Positions 21,315 to 31,120 of a DNA stretch of 64,000 bases are shown here, piece by piece (position 1 is the first letter of the stretch; each line of letters opens with the position of its first letter). The translations under genes were made by a program, and so were the position numbers. Under the pieces are notes generated by a model that saw only the letters and a list, made by a program, of their open reading frames with translations, was not told the DNA's origin and searched no databases. The stretch comes from Naegleria gruberi. Taxonomy: Eukaryota. The stretch lies in assembly GCA_000004985.1 (NCBI GenBank), contig GG738846.1; one strand, 5' to 3'.

Positions 21315-21321
21315 TTTTTTT
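21188..21321. repeat. dispersed ~135-bp duplicate, copy 1 (about 88% identical to 54801-54937)
   Basis: The two loci align directly: aatacacgg.caaattttgt.tgaaattaa..gattcaactaattcttccattcca...tatttatcaataaattatatttaaaggaatcaatttgat.ttcttgatgaaataaaatgtgcatttttttt. Confidence 0.7.
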
Positions 21322-21349
21322 ATTTAAAATAAATTTTTTAATAAATTAT

Positions 21350-21769
21350 TTAGAAAATATATTTTCTCAAAACACCAGTGGCACCAAGATAAGCAGACCA
21401 AATCAACAAGGCAACCATTGGAAGGAAACTCAATCCAAATCCAGCAGAACGATTATTTGGATATCCTAAACCATACAAAATTCTTCCAACCAAATAAACT
21501 AAACCAATAATTCCACAAACAAAATCATTTCCACTGGCCAAAGCAGTCAACCAAAGTCCACTAATAAAAACAGTCAAATATTCAAGACCATTCATTTGAA
21601 TACGATAAACTCTTTCAAATTCCAAGTTGCCAGTAACAGCTGGTGCCTTGACGCCATATTTAACTCTTGCAGATCCAACACTGAGTGCAGTGAAAATGTA
21701 ATAGATTAAATTTAACACACTGGCAGTGAGAACGAGAGGATAAGTTTCGGTGATGATATTTGATGACAT
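21350..21769 (-). CDS. MGST3: MAPEG-family membrane protein, microsomal glutathione S-transferase 3-like
   Basis: 139 aa with four hydrophobic helices. The motifs ARVKYGVKAP, ERVYRIQMNGLEYL and VGRILYGLGY match the MGST3/LTC4-synthase pattern. AAAAAAAATG start. Confidence 0.8.
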   Translation of the reverse strand: MSSNIITETYPLVLTASVLNLIYYIFTALSVGSARVKYGVKAPAVTGNLEFERVYRIQMNGLEYLTVFISGLWLTALASGNDFVCGIIGLVYLVGRILYGLGYPNNRSAGFGLSFLPMVALLIWSAYLGATGVLRKYIF

Positions 21770-22023
21770 TTTTTTTGATTAATTTCAAAGTCAAACGATT
21801 GTTGTTAGTCCTCTTAGGATTATGTGAAAGAGCAGTAGGAAAATGCTTCCGCACCAAACGTGTTTAAATTGAAGGACTGTTTAATTTGGGGAGGATTTCA
21901 CATCCCTTTGATCCGCTATTATGTACGTCCTCATTGAGGATTCGAATCGTTGAATTCATTAATGACACCACTCAACAATAAGTCATTCCTTAACAACTTT
22001 AACATAAATTGTTTGAAATTTAT

Positions 22024-22833
22024 TTAAAGAACTTGCCAATGTTCTTCAAAAGCACAACAAACTTTCATGCAAACCATAGCACCTGATAATGGATAACTCG
22101 ATATCGAAACATATTCGTCTACATAATCAACTTTCAAATCACCACGAGCAAAGGCACCAATAACGAAAACCATTGGTCCATCTTCTGAAATGTCAGTAGG
22201 ATCTTGTGATGGTTTCTTATTGACCATAGCTCTTTGTTTAGCACATAAAACTGGAACATATTCCTCCAAACGAACAACAGTTTCTTGATTATATTCTGCA
22301 GCAACTTTCAATGCAGTTGATGGTAAATGTTCTGTAATTGGATTTTTGATAACTTTAAACAAAACTGCTTCTGTTTCAGATGCCTTGATTTTGTGTTTGA
22401 AAAGCAATTGAACCATCAAACCTGCAAAACGTTTATAAGTACGAGGAACACGAGTATGTGGATTAACTTCTATCAATGTATTATCAGCAGTATGCATGTA
22501 AACTTGTAAAAGACCTGCCTTACTTATCGGAGAGTCAAAAAGTGAAAGTAAACATTGATGAACGACATCAGGTCTGTAATCATCTGGATTCTTTCCATGT
22601 TTTGATAAATAGGTACGATGATCATCACTGTTTAATAATTTATATTTTTCTCCAATTTTACCAACTTCAAGAGGACAATTTTCCAAAACTACAATCAATC
22701 TTCTCTTACTTTCCTTTTCCACATATTTCTTTGCTTGGAGTGTCTTTGCTTCCTTTGAAACTTTATCAGCAGCACCCGATGGTGTAGAATTTGATGAAGA
22801 AGTGTGTTTACGTTCTCTTTGTTGTTTTGGCAT
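22024..22833 (-). CDS. EMG1: ribosomal RNA small-subunit methyltransferase NEP1/EMG1
   Basis: RLIVVLENCPLE, LLNSDDH, RPDVVHQCLL, GLLQVYMHT, FAGLMVQLL, VFVIGAFARGD and SISSYPLSGA are all close to eukaryotic Emg1. Confidence 0.92.
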   Translation of the reverse strand: MPKQQRERKHTSSSNSTPSGAADKVSKEAKTLQAKKYVEKESKRRLIVVLENCPLEVGKIGEKYKLLNSDDHRTYLSKHGKNPDDYRPDVVHQCLLSLFDSPISKAGLLQVYMHTADNTLIEVNPHTRVPRTYKRFAGLMVQLLFKHKIKASETEAVLFKVIKNPITEHLPSTALKVAAEYNQETVVRLEEYVPVLCAKQRAMVNKKPSQDPTDISEDGPMVFVIGAFARGDLKVDYVDEYVSISSYPLSGAMVCMKVCCAFEEHWQVL

Positions 22834-22989
22834 TTTTTATTTGTTGAACATTTTTTAAATTCATCTAATTTTTAGAAGCAATAAATTTATGATTTTAAGA
22901 AATTATAATTATTATATTAAATATTAAATATTGGAATAAAAGAATTGACGAATAGGTTGGTGTTGGTAATGAATTTAAAAATCTTGAAT

Positions 22990-25437
22990 TTAATAATAAA
23001 AATCATAGTCTAATTTGACGAGTGTGTTCCTAGTATCATCCTTTGTCAACTTGTTGAAAATTGTGTTGAAAGAATGCTTGTAACCAACAGCTATTATCTT
23101 CTTGTTGGCATCTTCAAGTTTAGTGTAGAGAATTACACCACCTACTTTCATATCTTTGATTTGATCATTTTCAAAAACAAGTTTACCTTCTGTTAAGAAT
23201 TGTTTGAGTTCTTGTTTGGAAATTTCAATTAATTGTTTAGATTCTGGTTCAATATAATCAAATAATGAAACAGCTCCTGCTAAAGTAATTTGATATTTTC
23301 CACTATCAATATCAAAGGCAATATTACCAGCATTGAAAAACTTGAGCATCAAAGAGTCATTGTAAGTATAGTTACTTCTCAAATAATTGCTCAAATATCT
23401 ATTGGAAATAAAATTGATTTTTTTAGGTGTGGGAATGCTTTCCAAGGTACTTTGAGTATTGTTCTTATCTACTTGTTGCAAATGCTTGACATATTTGCTT
23501 TCACCAGTGGTTTGAATGATAAAGTTTCCAATATCAATATCAATGGATTTTTTGAATTCATAGAAATTAAAAACATGATTCAAAATTTCTGGTAAAACTC
23601 TGACGTAAATGTTATGCTTCAAATTTTGCTTTTGATTATTGCCTTTCTCTTGGTTGGCTTTCTTCTTGTTCAATTTTTGTTGTAATTTTCTTTGTCTCTT
23701 TGTTTTTTCTTCTGCAGAGTTAATCTTTTTCAATCTCAACTTGGCAACATAAAAACCACCAGAATTATTCATGTGTGGCAAAATTCTCATTGTATATTGC
23801 AAGTTCATATCCTTGATGTCATCCTTAATAAACATACTTGGTTGAATCTTTTTACATCCTTCCTTCTTTGGCATGTTTTCAGACTTGTCACCACTCTTGA
23901 TTGTAAATTCAATACTGGTATCCTGAATATCCTCGAACTTTTCAACAACATTTCCCAAACTATCTACAACTTTCCAATCATTAATACCCTTCAAATATTT
24001 AATATTATTATTGATATTTTGTAATGATGTTTCCAAATCAACTAATTCAAATCTATAATTTGTTTTTCTAATAGCTTCAGCAACAACTGCTTCATCTTCA
24101 ATAGGGTTTAAACTACATGTTGAATATACAATTTCATATTCTCCATCGTACTTGATTAATTTAAGGCTACTATTTTCAGTGGTGATTTCTTCAGTTGTTT
24201 CACCACTAGTATTTTCATCCAAACTAGTGTTTTCATTATTGAAACTGGTTAACATAATTTGCATAGCAGAAACCAAGATGGAAACTTGGGTAGCATGATT
24301 GTGGTGACCATGATCATATGTCCATCTTTCCCACAAATCACGTGACTTACGAAGAGTACCATCACCTGAACATACAGCATCACACAAGATGTGATGAATA
24401 TGAGAAAGAACTTGACCATTCAAACTACTAGAAGACAATTGTTGATGCAATGTTACTGCATTGTAATGACTGATTACTACATTGTTAGTAAATTGGTTAG
24501 GTTCTCTATTCAAATTAGAAAATAAGGTACCCAATCTCTTTCTATCAATATCATTACAAATTAAAAATTTGGAATAATCTCCTTGATTCAAATAATATTC
24601 AACCATTTGAGCAGATTTGCTTCCTGGTGCTGAACACATATCCAAATATCCATCTACAAGTTTACCATTAACTACCTCACTACTATCAGATGATTCAACT
24701 TGTAAGGAATTTTCATCTTGAGGAGTAAAACACAATGGAGGAATCATACTGACAAGTTCTTGTCTACTAATATATCCAATGTCTGTTAATTTAACAAGAT
24801 ATTCTCTGAACTCTCTCAAAACTGCTTGTCCTTCAGCTACTCTAGTATCACTACTGACAATTGTATTGTCTGCTGATGCATCAAATTGTTGAATATCATC
24901 ATCATCATTTTCCGATGATTTTCTCAGTTTAGTCTTGGAAATATTAGGATGAATTTGATAAAATAATTGATTAATGTGATTCAAGTTAATAATATCAATA
25001 GTATTTCCATCATTTTCTTGTTCTTTAGGTAAAATTTTACCTTCCAAATAAATATAATTATTTAATTTCAACTTGAATTCGTTCAACTTGTTTTGAATCT
25101 TTTCAATCAAGTCCAATGGAAGTGATTTGTTGATACGGAATGTTGTTGGAAGAGGTTCTTGGAATGATTTAATCATTTCATCCATCTCTTCCTTTGTCTT
25201 TACTATTTGCTGAATATTAAAATAATAATTATAGAACATGGCATTCTCTGGAATGATATCTTCGTAGCCTCTTTTAACTTTCTTTTGTTGTTGACAAATT
25301 TCATCATTACCATTTTCCGCCACTACACTCACACATTCACATTTATTTTCCAAATCTTCATCACCAGTTGTTGTGCTTCTTTCTTGACGTTTTCCCAACA
25401 AATTATTGTCGGAAGATGTTATTTCTTCTGATGACAT
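22990..25437 (-). CDS. NOL1/NOP2/Sun-family RNA (cytosine-5) methyltransferase, NSUN2/Trm4-like
   Basis: The SAM-binding motif LDMCSAPGSKSAQMVE and the catalytic region YSTCSLNPIEDEAVVAEAIRK are present. It sits in tandem with EMG1 and divergent from GPN1. Confidence 0.8.
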   Translation of the reverse strand: MSSEEITSSDNNLLGKRQERSTTTGDEDLENKCECVSVVAENGNDEICQQQKKVKRGYEDIIPENAMFYNYYFNIQQIVKTKEEMDEMIKSFQEPLPTTFRINKSLPLDLIEKIQNKLNEFKLKLNNYIYLEGKILPKEQENDGNTIDIINLNHINQLFYQIHPNISKTKLRKSSENDDDDIQQFDASADNTIVSSDTRVAEGQAVLREFREYLVKLTDIGYISRQELVSMIPPLCFTPQDENSLQVESSDSSEVVNGKLVDGYLDMCSAPGSKSAQMVEYYLNQGDYSKFLICNDIDRKRLGTLFSNLNREPNQFTNNVVISHYNAVTLHQQLSSSSLNGQVLSHIHHILCDAVCSGDGTLRKSRDLWERWTYDHGHHNHATQVSILVSAMQIMLTSFNNENTSLDENTSGETTEEITTENSSLKLIKYDGEYEIVYSTCSLNPIEDEAVVAEAIRKTNYRFELVDLETSLQNINNNIKYLKGINDWKVVDSLGNVVEKFEDIQDTSIEFTIKSGDKSENMPKKEGCKKIQPSMFIKDDIKDMNLQYTMRILPHMNNSGGFYVAKLRLKKINSAEEKTKRQRKLQQKLNKKKANQEKGNNQKQNLKHNIYVRVLPEILNHVFNFYEFKKSIDIDIGNFIIQTTGESKYVKHLQQVDKNNTQSTLESIPTPKKINFISNRYLSNYLRSNYTYNDSLMLKFFNAGNIAFDIDSGKYQITLAGAVSLFDYIEPESKQLIEISKQELKQFLTEGKLVFENDQIKDMKVGGVILYTKLEDANKKIIAVGYKHSFNTIFNKLTKDDTRNTLVKLDYDFYY

Positions 25438-25644
25438 TTTTTTATCGAAAATTCAAATAAATATTAAATTCAATTTTACTATTGCACTTTTTTCATCCAT
25501 TGAAATACAATTTCTCAAATCTACATTATCAATTTTAATTCATTAGTTATTGCTAAATAATAACATTGTCATCATTAAAGGCGGGAGAATTCATTCTTCA
25601 AATAAATTTGTGCGTTAATTTTATCTTCACCAACTTCAAAAAAA

Positions 25645-26826
25645 ATGCTCAATCCAAATCATCAACACGAACACGAACATCATCACGGATGTGGTTGTTC
25701 CGATCATCACCATCACGAAGAAGAAGAAGAGGAGGACGAAGAAGAAAATAATCAAATGAATGATGAAGAGGAAAATTTACAACCATCAAGACCAATTTCT
25801 ACTTTTAATTTGGAGACTACACTTGATGATAAGGAACCATTACCTTTGGATCAAAAGCCTATTGCTTGTATTGTTTTGGGTATGGCTGGAAGTGGTAAAA
25901 CAACAATTATGCAAAGAATTAATGCCTATATTCATGAAAAGGGTCATCCTTCTTATATTGTAAATTTGGATCCTGCTGTATTGGACGTTCCTTATGGAGC
26001 ACATATTGATATTAGAGATACTGTCAATTATAAGGAGGTTATGAAACAATTTAGTTTGGGACCAAATGGAGGAATTTTAACAGCACTTAATTTATTCTCA
26101 ACTCGTTTCGATCAAGTTGTGGATTTGATTGATAAAAAAGCAAGAGTTGGTTTTCAAAATTCAGAAGAGCCAACCTTTAGAAAGAAGAAACTGGATTATG
26201 TATTTATTGATACACCAGGTCAAATTGAAATTTTTACTTGGTCTGCCAGTGGTCAAATTATTTCAGAAGGATTGGCAACATCTTTCCCAACCTGTATCAT
26301 TTATGTTATAGACACTCCAAGAAATACTAGTCCAATTACATTCATGTCAAACATGTTATATGCCTGCTCAATTCTGTATAAGACTCGTTTGCCATTCCTT
26401 ATTGTTTTTAATAAGATTGATGTGGTGAGACATGACTTTATCAATGAATGGATGAAAGATTTTGAAGCATTCCAAGATGCTCTTGCTAAGGATGAAAGTT
26501 ATAGTAGTTCATTGGCTCATTCTATGAGTTTAGTATTGGATGAATTTTATGAAAATATTGACACTGTTGGTGTGAGTGCAATGACAGGAGAAGGTGTTGA
26601 AGAAATGTTCAAGCTAATTGATGGAAAATGTAAAGAATATGAGGAGACATACTACCAAGAATTACTCGAAAAGGAAAAAGAAAGAGAAAAAGCAAAACTA
26701 GAGAAACAAGATGAAGATATTCGAAGATTAGAACAAGATTTTAGACGTTTTAATACTGCTGGAAAGAAGCAACCAAAAACAGAAGATGAAGAATTACAAG
26801 ATTTCCTCCAAGATATAAAGAAATAA
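25645..26826 (+). CDS. GPN1: GPN-loop GTPase 1 (XAB1/Npa3)
   Basis: P-loop GMAGSGKTT, the GPNGG motif, and NKIDV are present. The C-terminus is acidic and coiled-coil. The N-terminus has an unusual His-rich tract ([19 protein letters not shown]). Confidence 0.9.
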   Translation: MLNPNHQHEHEHHHGCGCSDHHHHEEEEEEDEEENNQMNDEEENLQPSRPISTFNLETTLDDKEPLPLDQKPIACIVLGMAGSGKTTIMQRINAYIHEKGHPSYIVNLDPAVLDVPYGAHIDIRDTVNYKEVMKQFSLGPNGGILTALNLFSTRFDQVVDLIDKKARVGFQNSEEPTFRKKKLDYVFIDTPGQIEIFTWSASGQIISEGLATSFPTCIIYVIDTPRNTSPITFMSNMLYACSILYKTRLPFLIVFNKIDVVRHDFINEWMKDFEAFQDALAKDESYSSSLAHSMSLVLDEFYENIDTVGVSAMTGEGVEEMFKLIDGKCKEYEETYYQELLEKEKEREKAKLEKQDEDIRRLEQDFRRFNTAGKKQPKTEDEELQDFLQDIKK

Positions 26827-26843
26827 ACATTTATTTTCCTTAA

Positions 26844-29800
26844 TTAATCCTTGCTTGGTTTGTAAAGAATTCGGGATGAAAGTGCAACATATTCCTTTTC
26901 CTCATTTGTAAAGTCTAATGACAGGTGGTAAAGGGCATTATATAACTTGTAATCAATGTACGATTCTAAATGTTGGAAATTCAAATTATTCAAATAATGT
27001 ATGCAATTACTATCCAATTTGATAATTGAATAAAGTGAGAGGGAAAAATATTTAACAGCATCTTTTACAACTGGTACATTGGCAGCAGTGGCTGTATTGT
27101 TGATCAAACTTGCTGTTAATCTATTCAAAGTTGCTACACAATTTTCCAATAAGGAACGAGTATTACGTTGACTGGTTTCTGACTTTTCAATGAATGGGAA
27201 ATTAAATTGTGTCTGGACAAGAATAGTTAAATGATCAGACAAGATAGGAGGAAGTTGAACTCCAATTCTTTGTACATTAAATCTTAAATTATGTAAAATC
27301 ATTGAAGCATTGAAAGCATTCTTCTCTTGATTAGAGGTAGAGTTCAATAATTGTAAAATAAAATTGATAAGCAAATCATACTTGTCTAAATGATTTGTAA
27401 AGTAGTTCAAACCAATAGGATGAATCAAGCAGTGTGCTAGACAACTCGAGATCAAGGTTAATGTGAAACCATCTACGTTATTAACATTCTTCATTCTATC
27501 CAAAATATCTACAAGTGTTAGATTTTCGTGATGAGTTAATAAATATTCTACACATTCTTTTTTGAGTAATAATACTCTCAATAAATCGAATGCTGCTGCT
27601 TTAAACTTATCATTCAATACTTGAATTAAATAGTGAATAGTACTAAATAATTGTTTGATAGTATTATTATCTAAATGTTCTGGCATTTGGTTGAAAACAT
27701 TTAGAATACTTAATTGCTCTGTTTTAACTAACTCATTAATCTTAGAGATACACTTGCCAATATTTTGTGTTGCATTCATTTCATGAGGTTTGGTATGGTC
27801 ATTATAGCCATATCTGCTTATCATTACATCAACCAATTTTAGCTCCATTTCAAGTATTTTTGCTGGATCTTGTTTTGAGGCTGATTCTTTAAGCATACCA
27901 ATAAGAGTATGAATAGTTGTCCTGATGGCATCATATAACTCTTTGATGTCTGGTCTGAATTCTTCATTATCTGTAAAGCATGCCATTATTGTTGAATATA
28001 ATTGCTGTACAATTGATGTAACTGAAAAGTCTTTTTCTCCATATTTGCTTCCAAACAAAACTTCATGAAGTACGTGTCCCAGGTTGAAAATATCGTTACT
28101 CTTTTTAGAAAGAATATCATTGATAGAGCCATTGGAATTGTTCTTGCATGCTTTAATCTCAGGAGAAGATTGTTTTTCATCTAATTGGTTGAACAATAGC
28201 CCATAATCATAAACATATAGCAATTTCGTATCATTAACAAATCTGAATGAGTTAGGTTTGATGTTACCATGTGTAATATTTGAATAGTGCAAAACATAAA
28301 TTGAGGAAATAATTTTCAACATGGTACTAAATTGATGTATAGGATGTGTTAATAAATTGTTGTCTAAATAAAATCTGCAACTACTTGTTTGTTCGAAAAG
28401 AGTATTGGAAGAATAAACAAGATGTAAGTTATTGTTTTCATACTTGAAATTCAATAATTGTGGGAATATTGGGAGATTGATATGTTTGATAAAATGTACA
28501 GAAGGTAAATACTTTTGGAAATATGAAATTCTTTTGTAAATTGATTGTAAATCATTTACACTCAACTTGGCATTGTACAAAAAGTTCAAAATTTCATGCT
28601 GTAAATAAACGCCATGGAAGAGTTTGTAATTTACGGCGTGAGCTTGCATCTGAGTAACATACTTGCAGTATTTTTCAAAAAGTAAATTACTTGCAAAACT
28701 GCTCTCCTTTGTATAATCTTTACATGGTATGTCGTTCAAATCTTTGATATATCTCGATTCATTGAGTGCTTCAATGGACTCTGAAATATCTTTGAATTCG
28801 CACAATTTACTTAAATGCAATGCAGTGCGTAGGAAATGATCTTGAATACTCAGATTAGTTTTTTTGATTAATTTCATAATAAAGTATTTAGAGTGTTCTG
28901 TTGGCTTCAAATAGTGTTTGATGATTGCATATTGCAAACATGTCATACCTGTTTCCTTTGATTGCTGATTTACATTAATGTTTGGTTGTCTGATCAAAAA
29001 TTTGAAAATTGTTTTGCTATCATTCAGAACACAATCCACCAATGGAAATTTAGGAGTTGTTGTTTCAGGAATAATGTATTCATAAGGACCTTCCATATTC
29101 TGATTAATATCTACTTGGTATTGTAAAATTTCTTTAACTAATTCAATACTTCTGTGTTGTTTAATACACAAAAATAATGCGTGATTCAAGGAATTGTTAA
29201 GATTGCTATTTGTGCTCAAACTGTTATTGTTAGTAAGATAATTCAAATGGAGTCTTAAGAGTTCAATATTATTCTGAGAAACTGCATATTGTAATGGAGT
29301 AATAGTACCATGAAACAAAACAGTATCATACTGTTGAATATCCAAATATTGTAGTAACAAACTAGAAGCTGCTAAGCTATTAAATAATGTAGCATAGTGA
29401 AGAGGAGTGAAACTTCTTTCATCTCTTTCCATAATCATTTGGTTATAAACTGGTAATAAGATTTGCAAAGTTTGTACAGAATCTTCCTTGCAAGCCACAA
29501 CAAGGATTGATTGGCTAAGTTTGTTCTTTAAATTAAAATTAAACAAGGAAGAAAATAATTGAGAATTCACAATATGTTGGACGAGATGGAAATGATTTTT
29601 TCTAACTGCAATGAGGACAGCAGATTCACCGTCATCATTCAACAAATTGAAAAATTTAGAATATTTTGTAAAGTCTTCATCAAAATGTTCACAAATCTTT
29701 GCAAATAATAAATCAAAAATTTCTACGTTAGCTTGCCCTTTACAGAGTGTATGTAGAATTGTTTCTTTTTCCATGTTTTTAAGAGTTATATCTCTTGTTT

Positions 29801-30662
29801 CCTTTAGCAATAATTCAAATATTGGTACACTATTTCCCATACTTGCTAAATGAATTGGAAGGTTTGCTATACCATCTTTCTCATTCAATTGATTCTTGAG
29901 TTTGGATTGTAATAATAATTTGACACAGTCCAAATGCTCGTACCTGACAGCCAAATGCAATGCAGTCATGCCTATGTTGTTTTTACACGTCTTATCAAAC
30001 TCTACATTCAATAAGAGTGATATCAGGTCAGCTTTACCATTCTTGGAATGGAGTAAAAACAAATCTTCCAATGATTTGCTTCTTTGTGATGCACAGTAAT
30101 TTTTAACTGCTAAATTAATATCGTAATCAGAAGCTTCTAGATAGAATAAACTGGTATCGGTATCAATTTCAAATAGATCACAAAAATTAGATATCAGTTT
30201 AGTTTTTAACTCTTCCTTTTTAGGATCAAAGTCTATAGAGTAACTATCTGATGTGAAAACAAAATAACAATCTTTCTTTTGCAATTGTTCCTTGCCTAAA
30301 ACCTGACTATCATTGATAACGTGATTTTCATAATTCACAAAATTGATACCATTCTCAATGCAATGCTTGAATGTTGGAACGTGGTAGAATTTCAACTCAC
30401 TGTTATTTGGCAATTGACTCCACTGTAATACTTGATTCTCGTTTAATGGTAATCTAAATTCGTTCCATTTACGAACAATTTTAACTTCATTACTGTTATT
30501 AGTTTTACCATTAGTTGCTTTATCATTAAAACTCTTGGCAACACCACTATTACTACTATTGTTTTTTGTTGCTTTTTTAGCATCAATAATAGTTGCTTTG
30601 TGTTCATAACAAATTACAAGAACAACAAAGTTTGAATGACGATCATTATATTCGGTAAACAT
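26844..30662 (-). CDS. large ankyrin-repeat protein with a degenerate protein-kinase-like domain (probable pseudokinase)
   Basis: Ankyrin motifs are present (GMTALHLAVRYEHLDCVKLLLQ, LPIHLASMGN). The kinase-like region has HGNIKPNS in place of HRD-KP-N, so the catalytic Asp is replaced by Asn. DYG is present. Confidence 0.6.
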   Translation of the reverse strand: MFTEYNDRHSNFVVLVICYEHKATIIDAKKATKNNSSNSGVAKSFNDKATNGKTNNSNEVKIVRKWNEFRLPLNENQVLQWSQLPNNSELKFYHVPTFKHCIENGINFVNYENHVINDSQVLGKEQLQKKDCYFVFTSDSYSIDFDPKKEELKTKLISNFCDLFEIDTDTSLFYLEASDYDINLAVKNYCASQRSKSLEDLFLLHSKNGKADLISLLLNVEFDKTCKNNIGMTALHLAVRYEHLDCVKLLLQSKLKNQLNEKDGIANLPIHLASMGNSVPIFELLLKETRDITLKNMEKETILHTLCKGQANVEIFDLLFAKICEHFDEDFTKYSKFFNLLNDDGESAVLIAVRKNHFHLVQHIVNSQLFSSLFNFNLKNKLSQSILVVACKEDSVQTLQILLPVYNQMIMERDERSFTPLHYATLFNSLAASSLLLQYLDIQQYDTVLFHGTITPLQYAVSQNNIELLRLHLNYLTNNNSLSTNSNLNNSLNHALFLCIKQHRSIELVKEILQYQVDINQNMEGPYEYIIPETTTPKFPLVDCVLNDSKTIFKFLIRQPNINVNQQSKETGMTCLQYAIIKHYLKPTEHSKYFIMKLIKKTNLSIQDHFLRTALHLSKLCEFKDISESIEALNESRYIKDLNDIPCKDYTKESSFASNLLFEKYCKYVTQMQAHAVNYKLFHGVYLQHEILNFLYNAKLSVNDLQSIYKRISYFQKYLPSVHFIKHINLPIFPQLLNFKYENNNLHLVYSSNTLFEQTSSCRFYLDNNLLTHPIHQFSTMLKIISSIYVLHYSNITHGNIKPNSFRFVNDTKLLYVYDYGLLFNQLDEKQSSPEIKACKNNSNGSINDILSKKSNDIFNLGHVLHEVLFGSKYGEKDFSVTSIVQQLYSTIMACFTDNEEFRPDIKELYDAIRTTIHTLIGMLKESASKQDPAKILEMELKLVDVMISRYGYNDHTKPHEMNATQNIGKCISKINELVKTEQLSILNVFNQMPEHLDNNTIKQLFSTIHYLIQVLNDKFKAAAFDLLRVLLLKKECVEYLLTHHENLTLVDILDRMKNVNNVDGFTLTLISSCLAHCLIHPIGLNYFTNHLDKYDLLINFILQLLNSTSNQEKNAFNASMILHNLRFNVQRIGVQLPPILSDHLTILVQTQFNFPFIEKSETSQRNTRSLLENCVATLNRLTASLINNTATAANVPVVKDAVKYFSLSLYSIIKLDSNCIHYLNNLNFQHLESYIDYKLYNALYHLSLDFTNEEKEYVALSSRILYKPSKD

Positions 30663-31120
30663 TTTTGATCACAGCTCTGTGAGAAATAAAGAAATATTTA
30701 GACAGTCTCCTACTATTACTTTACATGCTGATCAGCAAAAGAAATACTAGTTTGTGATGAAGAGTTTCAGAAAATAATCTGCAGCTGGCTACACAAATGA
30801 TCAAGATCCGAGGGAGGTCTGACCACAATCAAAAAAGGCTTTGTGAAGAAAGCAGCTGTGAGTTTTTTTTCTTTGGGTGATTGCTGGAACTTGAAGCTAA
30901 TTTTATTTGCCGCTTTTTTTACCAATGGTATTGAATGGCTTGGGAATTCTCTCAATATCAGCAGAAAGAGCACGCGTGATAGATAAATGTTGTTATTGGA
31001 TGAAAATGTTTTTTTGATAGGAAGATAATACTCGATTTTAGTGAAGTGATCTTGTTGCTCATTAGAAAGAAATGATTTATTGTTGAAGGTGAATATAAAA
31101 TAATAATTTTAATTAAAAAA

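Noticed and set aside
25566-25751. 61-aa Arg-rich ORF overlapping the GPN1 start region
   Set aside because: It is an out-of-frame translation of the GAA/GAG-rich acidic tract of GPN1 and has no independent support.
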